Positions 39,423 to 49,276 of a stretch of 64,000 nt of DNA are shown piece by piece. Positions within the stretch are counted from its first letter, which is position 1. Every line of letters begins with the position of its first letter. The DNA is from a virus. Lineage: Duplodnaviria > Caudoviricetes. The stretch lies in the IMG/VR virus record IMGVR_UViG_3300031418_000003. One strand, given 5' to 3'. A program made the position numbers and the translations under genes. The notes beneath the pieces are model-generated. The model searched no databases, was not told the DNA's origin, and saw nothing but the letters and a program-made list of their open reading frames with translations.

Positions 39423-39519
39423 GGTGCGAGTTCCTTGGGTTGAAAAGGTTTGAGTTTATACATAGTAATAATGTCGGACTAAAAAGATATGCAAATGAAA
39501 AAAATTAAAAGGCAATAAA

Positions 39520-39547
39520 CCTCTACTACCCAGTTGGGTAGTAGAGG
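39520..39547. terminator. Terminator hairpin (CTAC/GTAG family)
   Basis: cctctactaccc-agtt-gggtagtagagg. Confidence 0.75.
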
Positions 39548-39556
39548 ACAGGAAGA

Positions 39557-39913
39557 TTAAATGCTGTTAAATTCCTGAAAAACAATACTGGCCATATCTT
39601 CTACTGCTTCATCGGTAAGGCATTCCCCGACATCTTCAGCAGTGATGTCAGATAGCTTCTTGCCGTTGAAAGGAAAGGGATATATGACGTTGAAGTTTTC
39701 CAGATAGGAAAAATGGATGACCACTTTGTCTTGATCATCATAAACCTGAATGATCATTTTAGGGCCGTCACGAAAGCGCATGGCCGGATGAAAATTATTA
39801 GGGTCATGGATGTTCTTGAGATTTCTAACCAGTGGCTCTAAATATTTCCGCAGTTCTTGTTCGGTAATTCGTTCATTACCTTCTTCAGGTAGGTTATCTT
39901 TGATGCGCTGCAT
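39557..39913 (-). CDS. Hypothetical protein
   Basis: 118 aa ORF; GAGG RBS. Confidence 0.7.
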   Translation of the reverse strand: MQRIKDNLPEEGNERITEQELRKYLEPLVRNLKNIHDPNNFHPAMRFRDGPKMIIQVYDDQDKVVIHFSYLENFNVIYPFPFNGKKLSDITAEDVGECLTDEAVEDMASIVFQEFNSI

Positions 39914-39922
39914 TTTTGACCT

Positions 39923-40396
39923 CTACAATAATGATCGGAAAGGAACGTTCCAGATCGGAACACGTTGAAGTCCCAACTTCTTATATTGGATAGCATAACA
40001 CTCTATCTCTTTAAACTTCATGGGACCTTTTGGTTTACTGGCATCAAGAGGAACACCACCCAGGTAAGGTTTAATGGTAACACTACCGTAGTTGTATTTG
40101 ATTCTAAACATCGCACTTTTGAGTATCCCGTTTTCATCGAGATACCGCAGACGCGTAAAGTTGGTTTTCTTGAGATACCGAAGTTCTTGGATATCCCCGA
40201 TAAGAAACTTTCTCAAATACTTGGTGAACTTCTTTTGTTGCCGCTGACGGTGAGCAATCTTGACATCCCACCACTTTCTTTTAAACCAGTTAGGATTAAT
40301 GATGCGAGTTCCTCCAACTTCATAGAGGAACTCATCGATGTTACTGCTGTTGATCTCTTTCATGATCTTTGGCGTCCAACACCTTAGCCGTTGCAA
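39923..40396 (-). CDS. Basic hypothetical protein
   Basis: ORF; start may be 40363. Confidence 0.65.
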   Translation of the reverse strand: MQRLRCWTPKIMKEINSSNIDEFLYEVGGTRIINPNWFKRKWWDVKIAHRQRQQKKFTKYLRKFLIGDIQELRYLKKTNFTRLRYLDENGILKSAMFRIKYNYGSVTIKPYLGGVPLDASKPKGPMKFKEIECYAIQYKKLGLQRVPIWNVPFRSLL

Positions 40397-41168
40397 TTAC
40401 CTGGGACAAGAAAACGTCAGGATTAATTTCTGCGCGTTTGGCAATAAACTTGATCTGACCTTCCTGTACATATCTTATCTCTTCAAAATAACGGGACAAG
40501 CTACGTTTACCATTACACCCAAACAAGAAGATAAGTTCATCTTCAGTAACAGCGTAAGTTTCTTTTAGTAACTCAACAACGATGTTTATATTATATCCGT
40601 GGTGAACAGTACCAGGCTTAATCTCCATTTGTTTTCTCATGAAAACAATGAGTTTATCCACGGTGTCAGTTTCCTCTCCACTACAAATAAGATCCATATC
40701 TTTGTTGAACTGAGCGGTTACTATCTTTTTCAGGTATCGTTCACCGATGACTTTTATCTTGGCATCTGGAAATTTCAGAAGCTTGGCAAAATCATCACCC
40801 ATTGTCTCAGAGACAGCAGATTCAATATTTCTCCAAATATACTCAATACTGGTTAGAGAGACAATTCTCTCTCGCCAGTCTGGATACTGTTGAAGATAAA
40901 GACGATAACTACCTTGTTTAAACCAGAAGAGAATCTTGGCCACATCTTCGAATAACCATCCTTCTTTTGGGATTAAGATCCGATGCACGCCGGCCAACAT
41001 TTCATTGACATTTTGAGCGATTCCAGTATCGAATGTTTGTCTTTCAGCAAGACTGAGTTGGTCTAAAATAGGATCTCCCTTGACTTTAGTAACAAAGTCA
41101 GAACGGTAATCGCCCGATGGAGTACGGGTGGTGTCGTAATCAACTTGAATATTTAAAGATCCTTTCAT
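40341..41168 (-). CDS. Hypothetical protein
   Basis: 275 aa ORF. Confidence 0.75.
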   Translation of the reverse strand: MKGSLNIQVDYDTTRTPSGDYRSDFVTKVKGDPILDQLSLAERQTFDTGIAQNVNEMLAGVHRILIPKEGWLFEDVAKILFWFKQGSYRLYLQQYPDWRERIVSLTSIEYIWRNIESAVSETMGDDFAKLLKFPDAKIKVIGERYLKKIVTAQFNKDMDLICSGEETDTVDKLIVFMRKQMEIKPGTVHHGYNINIVVELLKETYAVTEDELIFLFGCNGKRSLSRYFEEIRYVQEGQIKFIAKRAEINPDVFLSQVIATAKVLDAKDHERDQQQ

Positions 41169-42067
41169 TATTCACCCGCTAATTCATCAAGTTGGTCGAT
41201 CATAAGTGTATGCCAATCGAGAAACATAGTGCGTTCCGTAGAGAAGTAAAACCCAACCATTCCCACCTTTATAACAACAAACTTACCACGTGCCCCGTCT
41301 TCCATGGTTGCTTTGACATTAGGGTATTCTGGGAAATCAAGAATAATTCCCATGCCGAATGTTCCATCAACAATACGATCTTTGACTTGACGAATGACGC
41401 GAGCGAACATTGCCTCATTATCCTGAATGTACTTCAAAACGTTTACCGTTATGAGCTTTTGATCGGTATTTTCAGGGAACTCAATCCACCAATCACTTGG
41501 CTTTCTCAGCATCAATGATTTATGAGAAAATAATACATCGGCTGAATTCTCTTGAGATTGAGAAGCAAGTGCATCAACTGTAGTTTTCATTTGGCTAGCA
41601 ATAACCAACTTGTCACCACTCACTGTGGTTTCAGTACCAAATACCTGGTCTACACCAACATCCCGGTTATCGGAAATAGTAACTCGATAACCACCTAATA
41701 CTTTATGTTCTTCAAAGTTGAAGAAGATATCGTGATGGTGGGCATTCAAAGAACCCAGGTCATCCCAGTACAGTGCGATGTAAACACGGTTATAGCGAAT
41801 ACCGTCTAACCGATCACGTTGTACTCGACCACCAATAGACTTAACATCTTTGTCGATATATGAACTAAAGACATCTACCAACGGCGGCGGGATGATAACG
41901 ACCTGGATATCGCTCTGGTAGAACAGTTCGCTAACGACTGAGTTAATGGAGGTCACAGAAGCCATCCCCGGCAACTGAATACCAATGATCCCCTGAGCAA
42001 TCGGACTCTGTTTGAGATGGTGCTCGATGATTGGATTAATCGTTAAAGATATAGTTTTGGTTTGCAT
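41168..42067 (-). CDS. Hypothetical protein
   Basis: 299 aa ORF. Confidence 0.75.
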   Translation of the reverse strand: MQTKTISLTINPIIEHHLKQSPIAQGIIGIQLPGMASVTSINSVVSELFYQSDIQVVIIPPPLVDVFSSYIDKDVKSIGGRVQRDRLDGIRYNRVYIALYWDDLGSLNAHHHDIFFNFEEHKVLGGYRVTISDNRDVGVDQVFGTETTVSGDKLVIASQMKTTVDALASQSQENSADVLFSHKSLMLRKPSDWWIEFPENTDQKLITVNVLKYIQDNEAMFARVIRQVKDRIVDGTFGMGIILDFPEYPNVKATMEDGARGKFVVIKVGMVGFYFSTERTMFLDWHTLMIDQLDELAGE

Positions 42068-42069
42068 GA

Positions 42070-42234
42070 TTAATGTACCAGAGTAGAGAGATAGTCGATA
42101 AAGATTGGACCTTCCTGAGATACGGGAGGTCGACCGGTCATTGGTGGAGCTTTCGGAGTGATGATCGTAATGTTGAGATCTTTGGTCATTTCACGAACGC
42201 GCTGATACAAATTTTTCATTTCTTTATCTGACAT
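42070..42234 (-). CDS. Small hypothetical protein (54 aa, not in ORF track)
   Basis: MSDKEMKNLYQRVREM...IFIDYLSTLVH; fills the gap in the operon. Confidence 0.55.
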   Translation of the reverse strand: MSDKEMKNLYQRVREMTKDLNITIITPKAPPMTGRPPVSQEGPIFIDYLSTLVH

Positions 42235-42536
42235 TCTAAATCCTTGATATTGATCGTTGCGATGATAGGATTATTTATCCAGGGTCTACCTAGTGGTGCG
42301 TGAGGGTGACCCATCCCATGGGCTGGCTTAGGTGTTTGAAGTTTAAGTAGTTCTTCAACACTAACCCCGGTAAACTCGGAGATGTCATCAATGTGACATT
42401 CCAAGAGTTCTGGGAATTCATCATTCAATAACGCAGAGATAAACCGACCACTGTAATTATATTTACACTTAAATGAGATAAGCACTTCGGGTTTATCGAA
42501 CCCGTGTTTCTCTTTAAGAAGTTTACCGATCTCCAT
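42216..42536 (-). CDS. Hypothetical protein
   Basis: GAGGA RBS before MEIGK. Confidence 0.65.
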   Translation of the reverse strand: MEIGKLLKEKHGFDKPEVLISFKCKYNYSGRFISALLNDEFPELLECHIDDISEFTGVSVEELLKLQTPKPAHGMGHPHAPLGRPWINNPIIATINIKDLECQIKK

Positions 42537-42540
42537 TGGG

Positions 42541-43029
42541 TTAATCCTCTTTGCTGATAGGTAGATCAATAGCCTTACTCAGGTCGGTATAGGTGATATT
42601 GATCAGCATAAATTGTTTACTGCTTTCACTCCAAGCTTGAATCATGCCAGGAACAATCATGTTGAGTGATAGAGCAAAGTACTCTCTGCTTAGAACACCT
42701 TTGTGTTCCAGATAAACTTGTTCGTTACCTTTGAAGCAATGCCAGGTAACATACCCATCTTGGTCGAACAGTGTCTTTGACAGATAAATCCGGCCAAGAC
42801 GTTTGTCCTTTTTAAAGATGTCGAAATAAAATCCATCATGCAACCATGAGCCATCGATTCCGTATTCACCGATACACCCATCAACATAAGTATGTGCGTT
42901 ATGTTGTTCTGGGAACATCTTTTCTATTTCAACAAAGATCTGTTCGAATTCAAGTTGAATTTGGGCTTGTTTACGAGCACGTAGTTCTTTGCGGTATTTC
43001 TTGGAGAGCATCCTCTTTAACCAATTCAT
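42541..43029 (-). CDS. Hypothetical protein
   Basis: Start moved to MNWLKR after GAGG. Confidence 0.7.
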   Translation of the reverse strand: MNWLKRMLSKKYRKELRARKQAQIQLEFEQIFVEIEKMFPEQHNAHTYVDGCIGEYGIDGSWLHDGFYFDIFKKDKRLGRIYLSKTLFDQDGYVTWHCFKGNEQVYLEHKGVLSREYFALSLNMIVPGMIQAWSESSKQFMLINITYTDLSKAIDLPISKED

Positions 43030-43036
43030 AAAAACC

Positions 43037-43375
43037 TCAATGAATAGTGGTGAGTGTGTTATAGACACGACTGATGAGATGGGTATTACGTTCGGCGAAT
43101 TTATCAACAATCCATTTCTCACCCATAGCGGTTGTATCGGCCAGTTGTTGAGGTCCGATTTTAAATGCAACCGTTGACCCATACCAGTCGACCACATAAA
43201 CTACCAGATTACCATCCTCACTGACGAAGTGGGCAACCACTTTGGTATCTCGATGTTCAAACTCTACCTTATCCTCGGTTTTGCCTTCTCCTACCAACTT
43301 GTAGAGATGCTTGATCACTGGGGTCATTAATTCTTTTAACTCGTTACGTAGTTTCTTACGCGTTACTAGGGTCAT
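43037..43375 (-). CDS. Hypothetical protein
   Basis: 112 aa ORF. Confidence 0.7.
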   Translation of the reverse strand: MTLVTRKKLRNELKELMTPVIKHLYKLVGEGKTEDKVEFEHRDTKVVAHFVSEDGNLVVYVVDWYGSTVAFKIGPQQLADTTAMGEKWIVDKFAERNTHLISRVYNTLTTIH

Positions 43376-43377
43376 TA

Positions 43378-43626
43378 TTAATATTTCTCCACAACGTTAC
43401 GATAGACTTGTTCCATCTGACCTGGAGTCGATTTGAAAATCCGGTCTAACTGACGGAAGGTTACAAAACCCAGCCACTCATGTTGACCATAATAGAGTTT
43501 GGTGGCAACTTCGACGGGTTGGTCAATCTCACTGATAAAGTCGTTAGGTTTTATAAGGTTCCGCACGCAAATACGACGGATGATTTCTGCGAATGCTGCA
43601 TTGATACGCGCTTGCTTAGTTTGCAT
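43378..43626 (-). CDS. Hypothetical protein
   Basis: 82 aa ORF. Confidence 0.65.
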   Translation of the reverse strand: MQTKQARINAAFAEIIRRICVRNLIKPNDFISEIDQPVEVATKLYYGQHEWLGFVTFRQLDRIFKSTPGQMEQVYRNVVEKY

Positions 43627-43640
43627 GATACTCTCTATAG

Positions 43641-44411
43641 TTAGACAGCGGATAATTTATTATTGGTTAAATCAATAACTCCGTGCATACCCATGACGCG
43701 AGTCTGTTTCATGATCTTACCTGTCACAATTCCCACTTGACCACACGGACCTATACTAAATTTTTCTTGCAGATCGGGAGTAGGAGAATATGTCATAATG
43801 TTACCGAGATGACATTCAATTGTCTCTTTAATAAAACGAACTGTTCTCGATGACGAATTTTGCCAAGCAACGGTCTTACCCATCCATTCAATTTCCGGTA
43901 GCTCGATGGAACTATCTTCCAGATGGATGAGGGGATACAAGAACGTGATAGAATCTTGAACCATCAAGATTTCCAGCATTCGGTTCTTATAGATCAACGC
44001 GTTACCTTTTAACTTGGTCAGCTCGTCACCTAACTTCTTCAGAGTGGGAAACTGTTCTTCTAATGTTGATTCTGGAAGATTTTTGGTTATTGCCCAGAAA
44101 TAGTTAAAACGCCAATCTTCACAAGCAACTTCTGCATTGTGGAAGTTAGACAATCTTGCTAGGAACAATTCTCTCTCATCATCCCAACCGTACATATCAG
44201 TTCCTGTATCTAAAAGAAACTTACGTGTATCGGCCCACGCCGGATTAGCATTCTGACTTTGTTCATTTTGAGATACTAACACGGCATCATAACCCATCAT
44301 TTCATCATAGGTTACTGTTTCAAGAAATTTAAGTGCAACGTCTTTATTAAGCATGAGTAATTCTCTCTCTAAGGTTAGGTTAGCAAGATGACCCAGCCGA
44401 AGCCAGATCAT
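43641..44411 (-). CDS. Hypothetical protein
   Basis: 256 aa ORF; start uncertain. Confidence 0.7.
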   Translation of the reverse strand: MIWLRLGHLANLTLERELLMLNKDVALKFLETVTYDEMMGYDAVLVSQNEQSQNANPAWADTRKFLLDTGTDMYGWDDERELFLARLSNFHNAEVACEDWRFNYFWAITKNLPESTLEEQFPTLKKLGDELTKLKGNALIYKNRMLEILMVQDSITFLYPLIHLEDSSIELPEIEWMGKTVAWQNSSSRTVRFIKETIECHLGNIMTYSPTPDLQEKFSIGPCGQVGIVTGKIMKQTRVMGMHGVIDLTNNKLSAV

Positions 44412-44429
44412 CTTAGTAGTGGTTTATAT

Positions 44430-44789
44430 TTAATCGGCCCAGCTAATGACCAATGTCTGACCTGCTTCAAAAGCAAACGTATCACGCTGCTCTTTCAATG
44501 CCTCAATCAGACGACCTGATTTAAACTGTATCCCTTCACCCCATTCTCCCTGACGTTCTTCCAAACCTGCAACAATCCGATCAATCAACTCTGGACTCAG
44601 TACGTGGAAGTTTTCTTCTTCGTCGTAATCAACATCCAGAATCTCCATCAGTGCATCACACATCTCACCAATGCGAGGATCCCGATAAATCTCATTGGCA
44701 GCGTACTCGTACTCACTAACGTCAAGGATGGGCTTCAGCTCAGTAATAAGCTCATCATCGATAACGGATAACTTAACGTACTTGGCCAT
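44430..44789 (-). CDS. Acidic hypothetical protein
   Basis: 119 aa ORF; AAGGA RBS. Confidence 0.75.
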   Translation of the reverse strand: MAKYVKLSVIDDELITELKPILDVSEYEYAANEIYRDPRIGEMCDALMEILDVDYDEEENFHVLSPELIDRIVAGLEERQGEWGEGIQFKSGRLIEALKEQRDTFAFEAGQTLVISWAD

Positions 44790-44800
44790 AACAGAAATCC

Positions 44801-45322
44801 TTAAGTGGTGGTGTGACCCCGTGTGTTGAGTTTGGTAATGAAATTACCCAGCACACTCATCACGATATCGTCTTTAATAAAATCACTGCCGATATGGTAT
44901 TGAATCTCAGGCGCACTTGTTCTAACTGTGATCATATCAATCTGAATAACAATCTTGCCCAACGGGCTTTTGCTGTTGACATGATCCACATCAATGGATG
45001 ACGGGATCCCACCGTTCGGGGTAAAGACATACCCATTTACCGTAAGCGGCGTAAAATCTTTGAGCTTGTGTCCCTTCAACAGATTCAGGACCTCAGAGAA
45101 CTTAATAACAAAGTGTAACAAGGACTGTGTATCACACTGATCTATGTCCGTTGTAAACTTATCAACGAATGTCTCCAATAAACACTTTCGGAGTTCAGGC
45201 TCAGACATAGGGAACTGCTGTTGCAAACTCGAAGACATCGACTCAATATCTTTCTCAATCTTCTTTTTTAATTTAGCCGCATAGATATCGACTGACTTTT
45301 GAAGTTCCTCTTTAACGTTCAT
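44801..45322 (-). CDS. Hypothetical protein
   Basis: 173 aa ORF. Confidence 0.7.
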   Translation of the reverse strand: MNVKEELQKSVDIYAAKLKKKIEKDIESMSSSLQQQFPMSEPELRKCLLETFVDKFTTDIDQCDTQSLLHFVIKFSEVLNLLKGHKLKDFTPLTVNGYVFTPNGGIPSSIDVDHVNSKSPLGKIVIQIDMITVRTSAPEIQYHIGSDFIKDDIVMSVLGNFITKLNTRGHTTT

Positions 45323-45635
45323 TTAAAATCCTAAAAATAATAACACTCCAGAATAGCCTCAGCTACCTGTTAGGGTAACCAAGGTTCATATATTTAATTT
45401 CAGGATTTTTTATTTTCCCTAATTCCCTTTTATCCTTTTGTATATTCTCTTTAATTACTATATCTGAATTACTTATATTACATAAGTAGTGGGATTCTCC
45501 CAACGTCAACGTCAAGGGAGATCCCCCCTATTATCCCCCCTTAATGTCATCTTTTTCAAGAGACACTGAGAAGAGATAATAGGAAAGAAAAGAGAATTAT
45601 AATGCATAGTATATAAAAGGGATTTAAGAATTTAC

Positions 45636-46019
45636 TTAAGCCGTTTCGTTTAACCTGGGAATCCCGTACTCAACAATGGTCCCTACGAAGCTAAGTTTAG
45701 ACTTTACTCCATCGGCTTCAACCAGGATATGAACACGGTTACTCTCAAATTCGCGATCCAGAACGATATCTACACCCGGAACCATATCGCCCACTTTCTT
45801 AACGATCTTAAGCAGTTCTGAATAATGCAAGGCGTTATGCACTTTCAGACATTTGTTGATCTCGATCTCAATGTTTCCGTACGCGCACTGAACATCCTTG
45901 ATTGATTTCTTCAGGTCGTACGACTCACCGATAATCACACAAGTCAACCAGATGGCACCTACGGCGACTGCGATCACAATGATCAGTAGGATCCATCCCA
46001 GCAATTGATAATTAGGCAT
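45636..46019 (-). CDS. Membrane-anchored hypothetical protein
   Basis: N-terminal hydrophobic helix LLGWILLIIVIAVAVGAIWL. Confidence 0.7.
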   Translation of the reverse strand: MPNYQLLGWILLIIVIAVAVGAIWLTCVIIGESYDLKKSIKDVQCAYGNIEIEINKCLKVHNALHYSELLKIVKKVGDMVPGVDIVLDREFESNRVHILVEADGVKSKLSFVGTIVEYGIPRLNETA

Positions 46020-46090
46020 TTTCTTATTCTCTTTTTAAACGAAACGGCAAAGGGGTAACAGGTAGAGGGAACGCCCTCTACCCACCACGT

Positions 46091-46768
46091 TTACTTTAAG
46101 TTTACATCAACGTGCTCAAGCAGAGCTTCACGCAGCCACTTGTTGACTGGGTCGGTTGCTTGGTTTGCGTAGTAGCTACGCATGATCCCAGCATGAACCG
46201 GGATGTACTCCGTGAGACTACCTTTGATGTTGCCAGTGTGGATATCCACAAACACATGCAGCCTGTTAGTCAGTCCACGTTGTACGGTTACCCGCGTTTG
46301 TAAAAGCTGATCGAGGTAGAAAGTCCCATAAGAGATATCTTTCACATTCTGCTTAAAGGTCAAACGCTTCAGCCAGCCAATGTCGGTGATAAACGGTTTG
46401 ATGTTTACCCGCTTGATACTGGCAATGATGATATTGATCGAATCGTTGTAGGACGGACGGAATTCCTTATGGAACCAAACTTCCAACTGATTCAATATCG
46501 ATTTGCTGATTGTGGGTGTTTTACCCAGCTTGATCTCTTTATGATCGACCACACCTGCGATACAGATGACCAGGTAATACAGACCTTCTCGCAGCATAAT
46601 GGAGGCAGTGACACCATCAGCAGAGAAAAGGGACTTCATTGGATAGCTGACCCCAGTTGGTTCCAGTACCAGTTTTTCCAGACGCTTGTTGACCGCAGTA
46701 ATGTTGGCGGACAAGATGCTTAGGAACATCCGGAGATAAACGACGGCTACATTCTTATAGTCAAACAT
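46091..46768 (-). CDS. Hypothetical protein
   Basis: 225 aa ORF; GAGGA RBS. Confidence 0.7.
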   Translation of the reverse strand: MFDYKNVAVVYLRMFLSILSANITAVNKRLEKLVLEPTGVSYPMKSLFSADGVTASIMLREGLYYLVICIAGVVDHKEIKLGKTPTISKSILNQLEVWFHKEFRPSYNDSINIIIASIKRVNIKPFITDIGWLKRLTFKQNVKDISYGTFYLDQLLQTRVTVQRGLTNRLHVFVDIHTGNIKGSLTEYIPVHAGIMRSYYANQATDPVNKWLREALLEHVDVNLK

Positions 46769-46902
46769 TAACTATATCCTCAGAGTTTAAGTGTGTATCA
46801 AAGGTGTGTAATGTCCATATTTGTTGTATTCGTCCTCACACTACAAATGCAGTATGGGATCACAATATAGAAATTACTTGAGTAGACTAAAATTAAATTG
46901 AG

Positions 46903-47274
46903 TTATTTAGAAGCTGAGTTGATCAACTTATCCATGACTTCTTTGATGATGATCTCAATATCCGTTGGATCGGGGACTTCGCACAGTTTGTCCTTTGCAA
47001 GCTTACGCTGCAGGTTAGCCATGACCGCGTTAAAAATTGTATCCAGGTCAATGTCCAGCACATCTTCGTACTTCAGCACTTCATGATAAACCCGCAGGTA
47101 ATCTAAGTGAACGATTTCTTTACTGCGTGATTTAGAGCCTGCGAATTTAGCTTTACGAGTCATAAATAATTTCCTTCTGTATGGATGTGTGGCACGATGC
47201 CAAGAAAAACGACACAGGCCGGCAATCAGCCAGCCCGTTGTAAATAATGCGATGATGAAATAAACGATCTTCAC
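46903..47274 (-). CDS. Membrane-anchored hypothetical protein
   Basis: N-terminal hydrophobic segment. Confidence 0.65.
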   Translation of the reverse strand: MKIVYFIIALFTTGWLIAGLCRFSWHRATHPYRRKLFMTRKAKFAGSKSRSKEIVHLDYLRVYHEVLKYEDVLDIDLDTIFNAVMANLQRKLAKDKLCEVPDPTDIEIIIKEVMDKLINSASK

Positions 47275-47877
47275 TTAAACCTCAAAAAGTTTCTCCGGAC
47301 TCACTACCTGAAGGTTCTCATCTCTGATCTCACTCAGAGCACCATTGATGACCATGCCTTCGAAAATGTGGTATGTTCCGCCCTTGTTGATATGAACCTC
47401 AAACTGCGCGTCAAAGGTTTTGGTAAAACGATGAGGGTACAATACTTTATAACCCAGACAATACTCCAGATTATTTTTACTTTCTGATCGCCAGAACGAA
47501 ACCGTCTTCTTAATATACTCGGATGCTTCATAAGTCAACCAGGTATCAATGATACGGGCAAACAAATTAAAGCGAGTATTAATTTTGTCGTTCATCCTGA
47601 AGACGAAGTCGTGATTGCGGACTTCCTGGAGAATGAACTTACGGATCCCTTCTTTAGGGCGAGTGAATTTAATTTCACCATCCCGCTCAACGCCGAAGAT
47701 ATGGAGATGCATGGAGTGATTGATAATGAACTCAATTCCCACCATTGGCACTGACGTTAATTCAATGGGTTTGAGAGCGGATGGATCAACTTGGTAGACT
47801 TTGATCTGTTGTACAGTAAAATGTTCGTTCAGCAGATCGGTAAATTGGGTACGTACGTTTTCAAAGTTCATAATCAT
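47275..47877 (-). CDS. Hypothetical protein
   Basis: 200 aa ORF; early motif upstream. Confidence 0.7.
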   Translation of the reverse strand: MIMNFENVRTQFTDLLNEHFTVQQIKVYQVDPSALKPIELTSVPMVGIEFIINHSMHLHIFGVERDGEIKFTRPKEGIRKFILQEVRNHDFVFRMNDKINTRFNLFARIIDTWLTYEASEYIKKTVSFWRSESKNNLEYCLGYKVLYPHRFTKTFDAQFEVHINKGGTYHIFEGMVINGALSEIRDENLQVVSPEKLFEV

Positions 47878-47989
47878 TCCTAAGGTTAATAACTAAGGTT
47901 AGTAATAGCCCTATAATAATATCTGCTTAAATAATTATGACAAGTATTTATTTTATGTAAGAAACACCTGACATGTTCTCTACTTTTTT

Positions 47990-48260
47990 ATGGGAGTCTT
48001 AATCTATTGCCAGAGAGCCCATAACGAAGTATGACCGCCATCGTGCTTCGAGGTAACAGCCTTGTTCGTCCAATTACTATTTATGCCAAGGGAGAGTGCT
48101 ACCGTTCTCTCCCTTTCTTTGAATATATTCGCTGAGTGTATTGAAAGAAAGTGTGGGGGCATACTTTCATTCTGCTGTGTAGTAAGGTCATGATAAACAA
48201 AGCCCAGAGGCTCGGTCTTCCTTTTCCTCCTTCCTCTGGGCTTTTATCGTGTGTTTCTCT
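47990..48260 (+). ncRNA. Candidate structured small RNA
   Basis: ORF-free; TATG at the 5' end; stems agggagag/ttctccct and aaagcccagagg/cctctgggcttt followed by a U-rich tract. Confidence 0.4.
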
Positions 48261-48324
48261 ATATTAATTTTTTTTTTGCTGTAAGTTGATATAGAGAAAT
48301 GACGCGCTGTTATTTCTGCTCTTG

Positions 48325-48500
48325 TTGCTTAGCCTGAACGTTTGGCAAGGGGGATCGACATCCCCCTCTTTCTATATGCATTTGCGAGTGTCTATAGAAA
48401 GCGAACGCCTAGCTGGTATCGCTTGCTTGATGGAAGTGCCACTCTATCAAGTTCTTCAGCCCTATATGTTGCTGTGTGCTTATAGGGCTCTTTTTCTTTT
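48325..48500 (+). ncRNA. Candidate structured RNA or leader upstream of the Tad2-like gene
   Basis: Consecutive hairpins ending in agccctata/tatagggct plus a U-run. Confidence 0.4.
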
Positions 48501-48511
48501 TAAGGATTAAT

Positions 48512-48811
48512 ATGCCACAAGTAGAATCAGCTAGTCCAGTTCTGGTAACTTACGGTGTTGCTAACGAAGCAATGTTTTCTACATTAGAAAGCAAGAAGCT
48601 CAAAAAGTACGCACGCGTGGGTTGGAACGGAAAGAACCTGCATGTTCAGGTACATGGTAGTATTCCAACTAATCAGGTAGATCTGGGTAACGGCGATAAC
48701 GCATACCTTAACCCGTTCCTTGTTATCGTTAACAAAGATCGTGGCTCGGTAGACACCTGGGTTCCATCAATCTCTGACCTTCAAGGCAAAGATTGGTACG
48801 AAGTAATTTAA
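48512..48811 (+). CDS. tad2: Tad2-like (DUF2829) protein, putative nucleotide-signal sponge
   Basis: YARVGWNGK ... WVPSISDLQGKDWYEV matches the DUF2829 ARxGWNGK / WxPSxxDxxxxDW pattern. Confidence 0.75.
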   Translation: MPQVESASPVLVTYGVANEAMFSTLESKKLKKYARVGWNGKNLHVQVHGSIPTNQVDLGNGDNAYLNPFLVIVNKDRGSVDTWVPSISDLQGKDWYEVI

Positions 48812-49043
48812 TAATGCAGAGTTTATACTCTGTAAAAGAATTCCAGCCGGAGAGTGTAGCACCTTAGCTGAGTGCATCCGGTATCTCTCCCGACTCTACA
48901 TGTTCCAGTCAACGGGAAAAGATCCAGATCGACAGGACCACAATTAGGTTGATCAATCAATAGATAAGTTTTATGTCGAAATGAGAACAGTCCTTTCACA
49001 GCTTCTGAAAGTACACCAACTGTATCTAATCGAGATTAAATAG

Positions 49044-49268
49044 ATGAAACTTTATCTTATTGAACGTACCGATAAATGTCGGCATTACGATAACTATTTT
49101 GCTACAGTGGTAGCAGCGCCAACAGAGGAAAGATCACGTGAGTTAGCGTTGGCTTTATTCGCTGAGGGAGATCAATCATCTTCGGATGAATTCCTCAACG
49201 TAAGCACGGTCGCTATAAGCGCTCTTGTCCCTGAGGGTATAATCTTATCCGAGTATAATGCTGGATAA
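49044..49268 (+). CDS. Small conserved phage protein
   Basis: MKLYLI...YD.Y...VVAA.TEE.SR...IIL.EYNAG pattern. Confidence 0.7.
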   Translation: MKLYLIERTDKCRHYDNYFATVVAAPTEERSRELALALFAEGDQSSSDEFLNVSTVAISALVPEGIILSEYNAG

Positions 49269-49276
49269 GAGTAATG

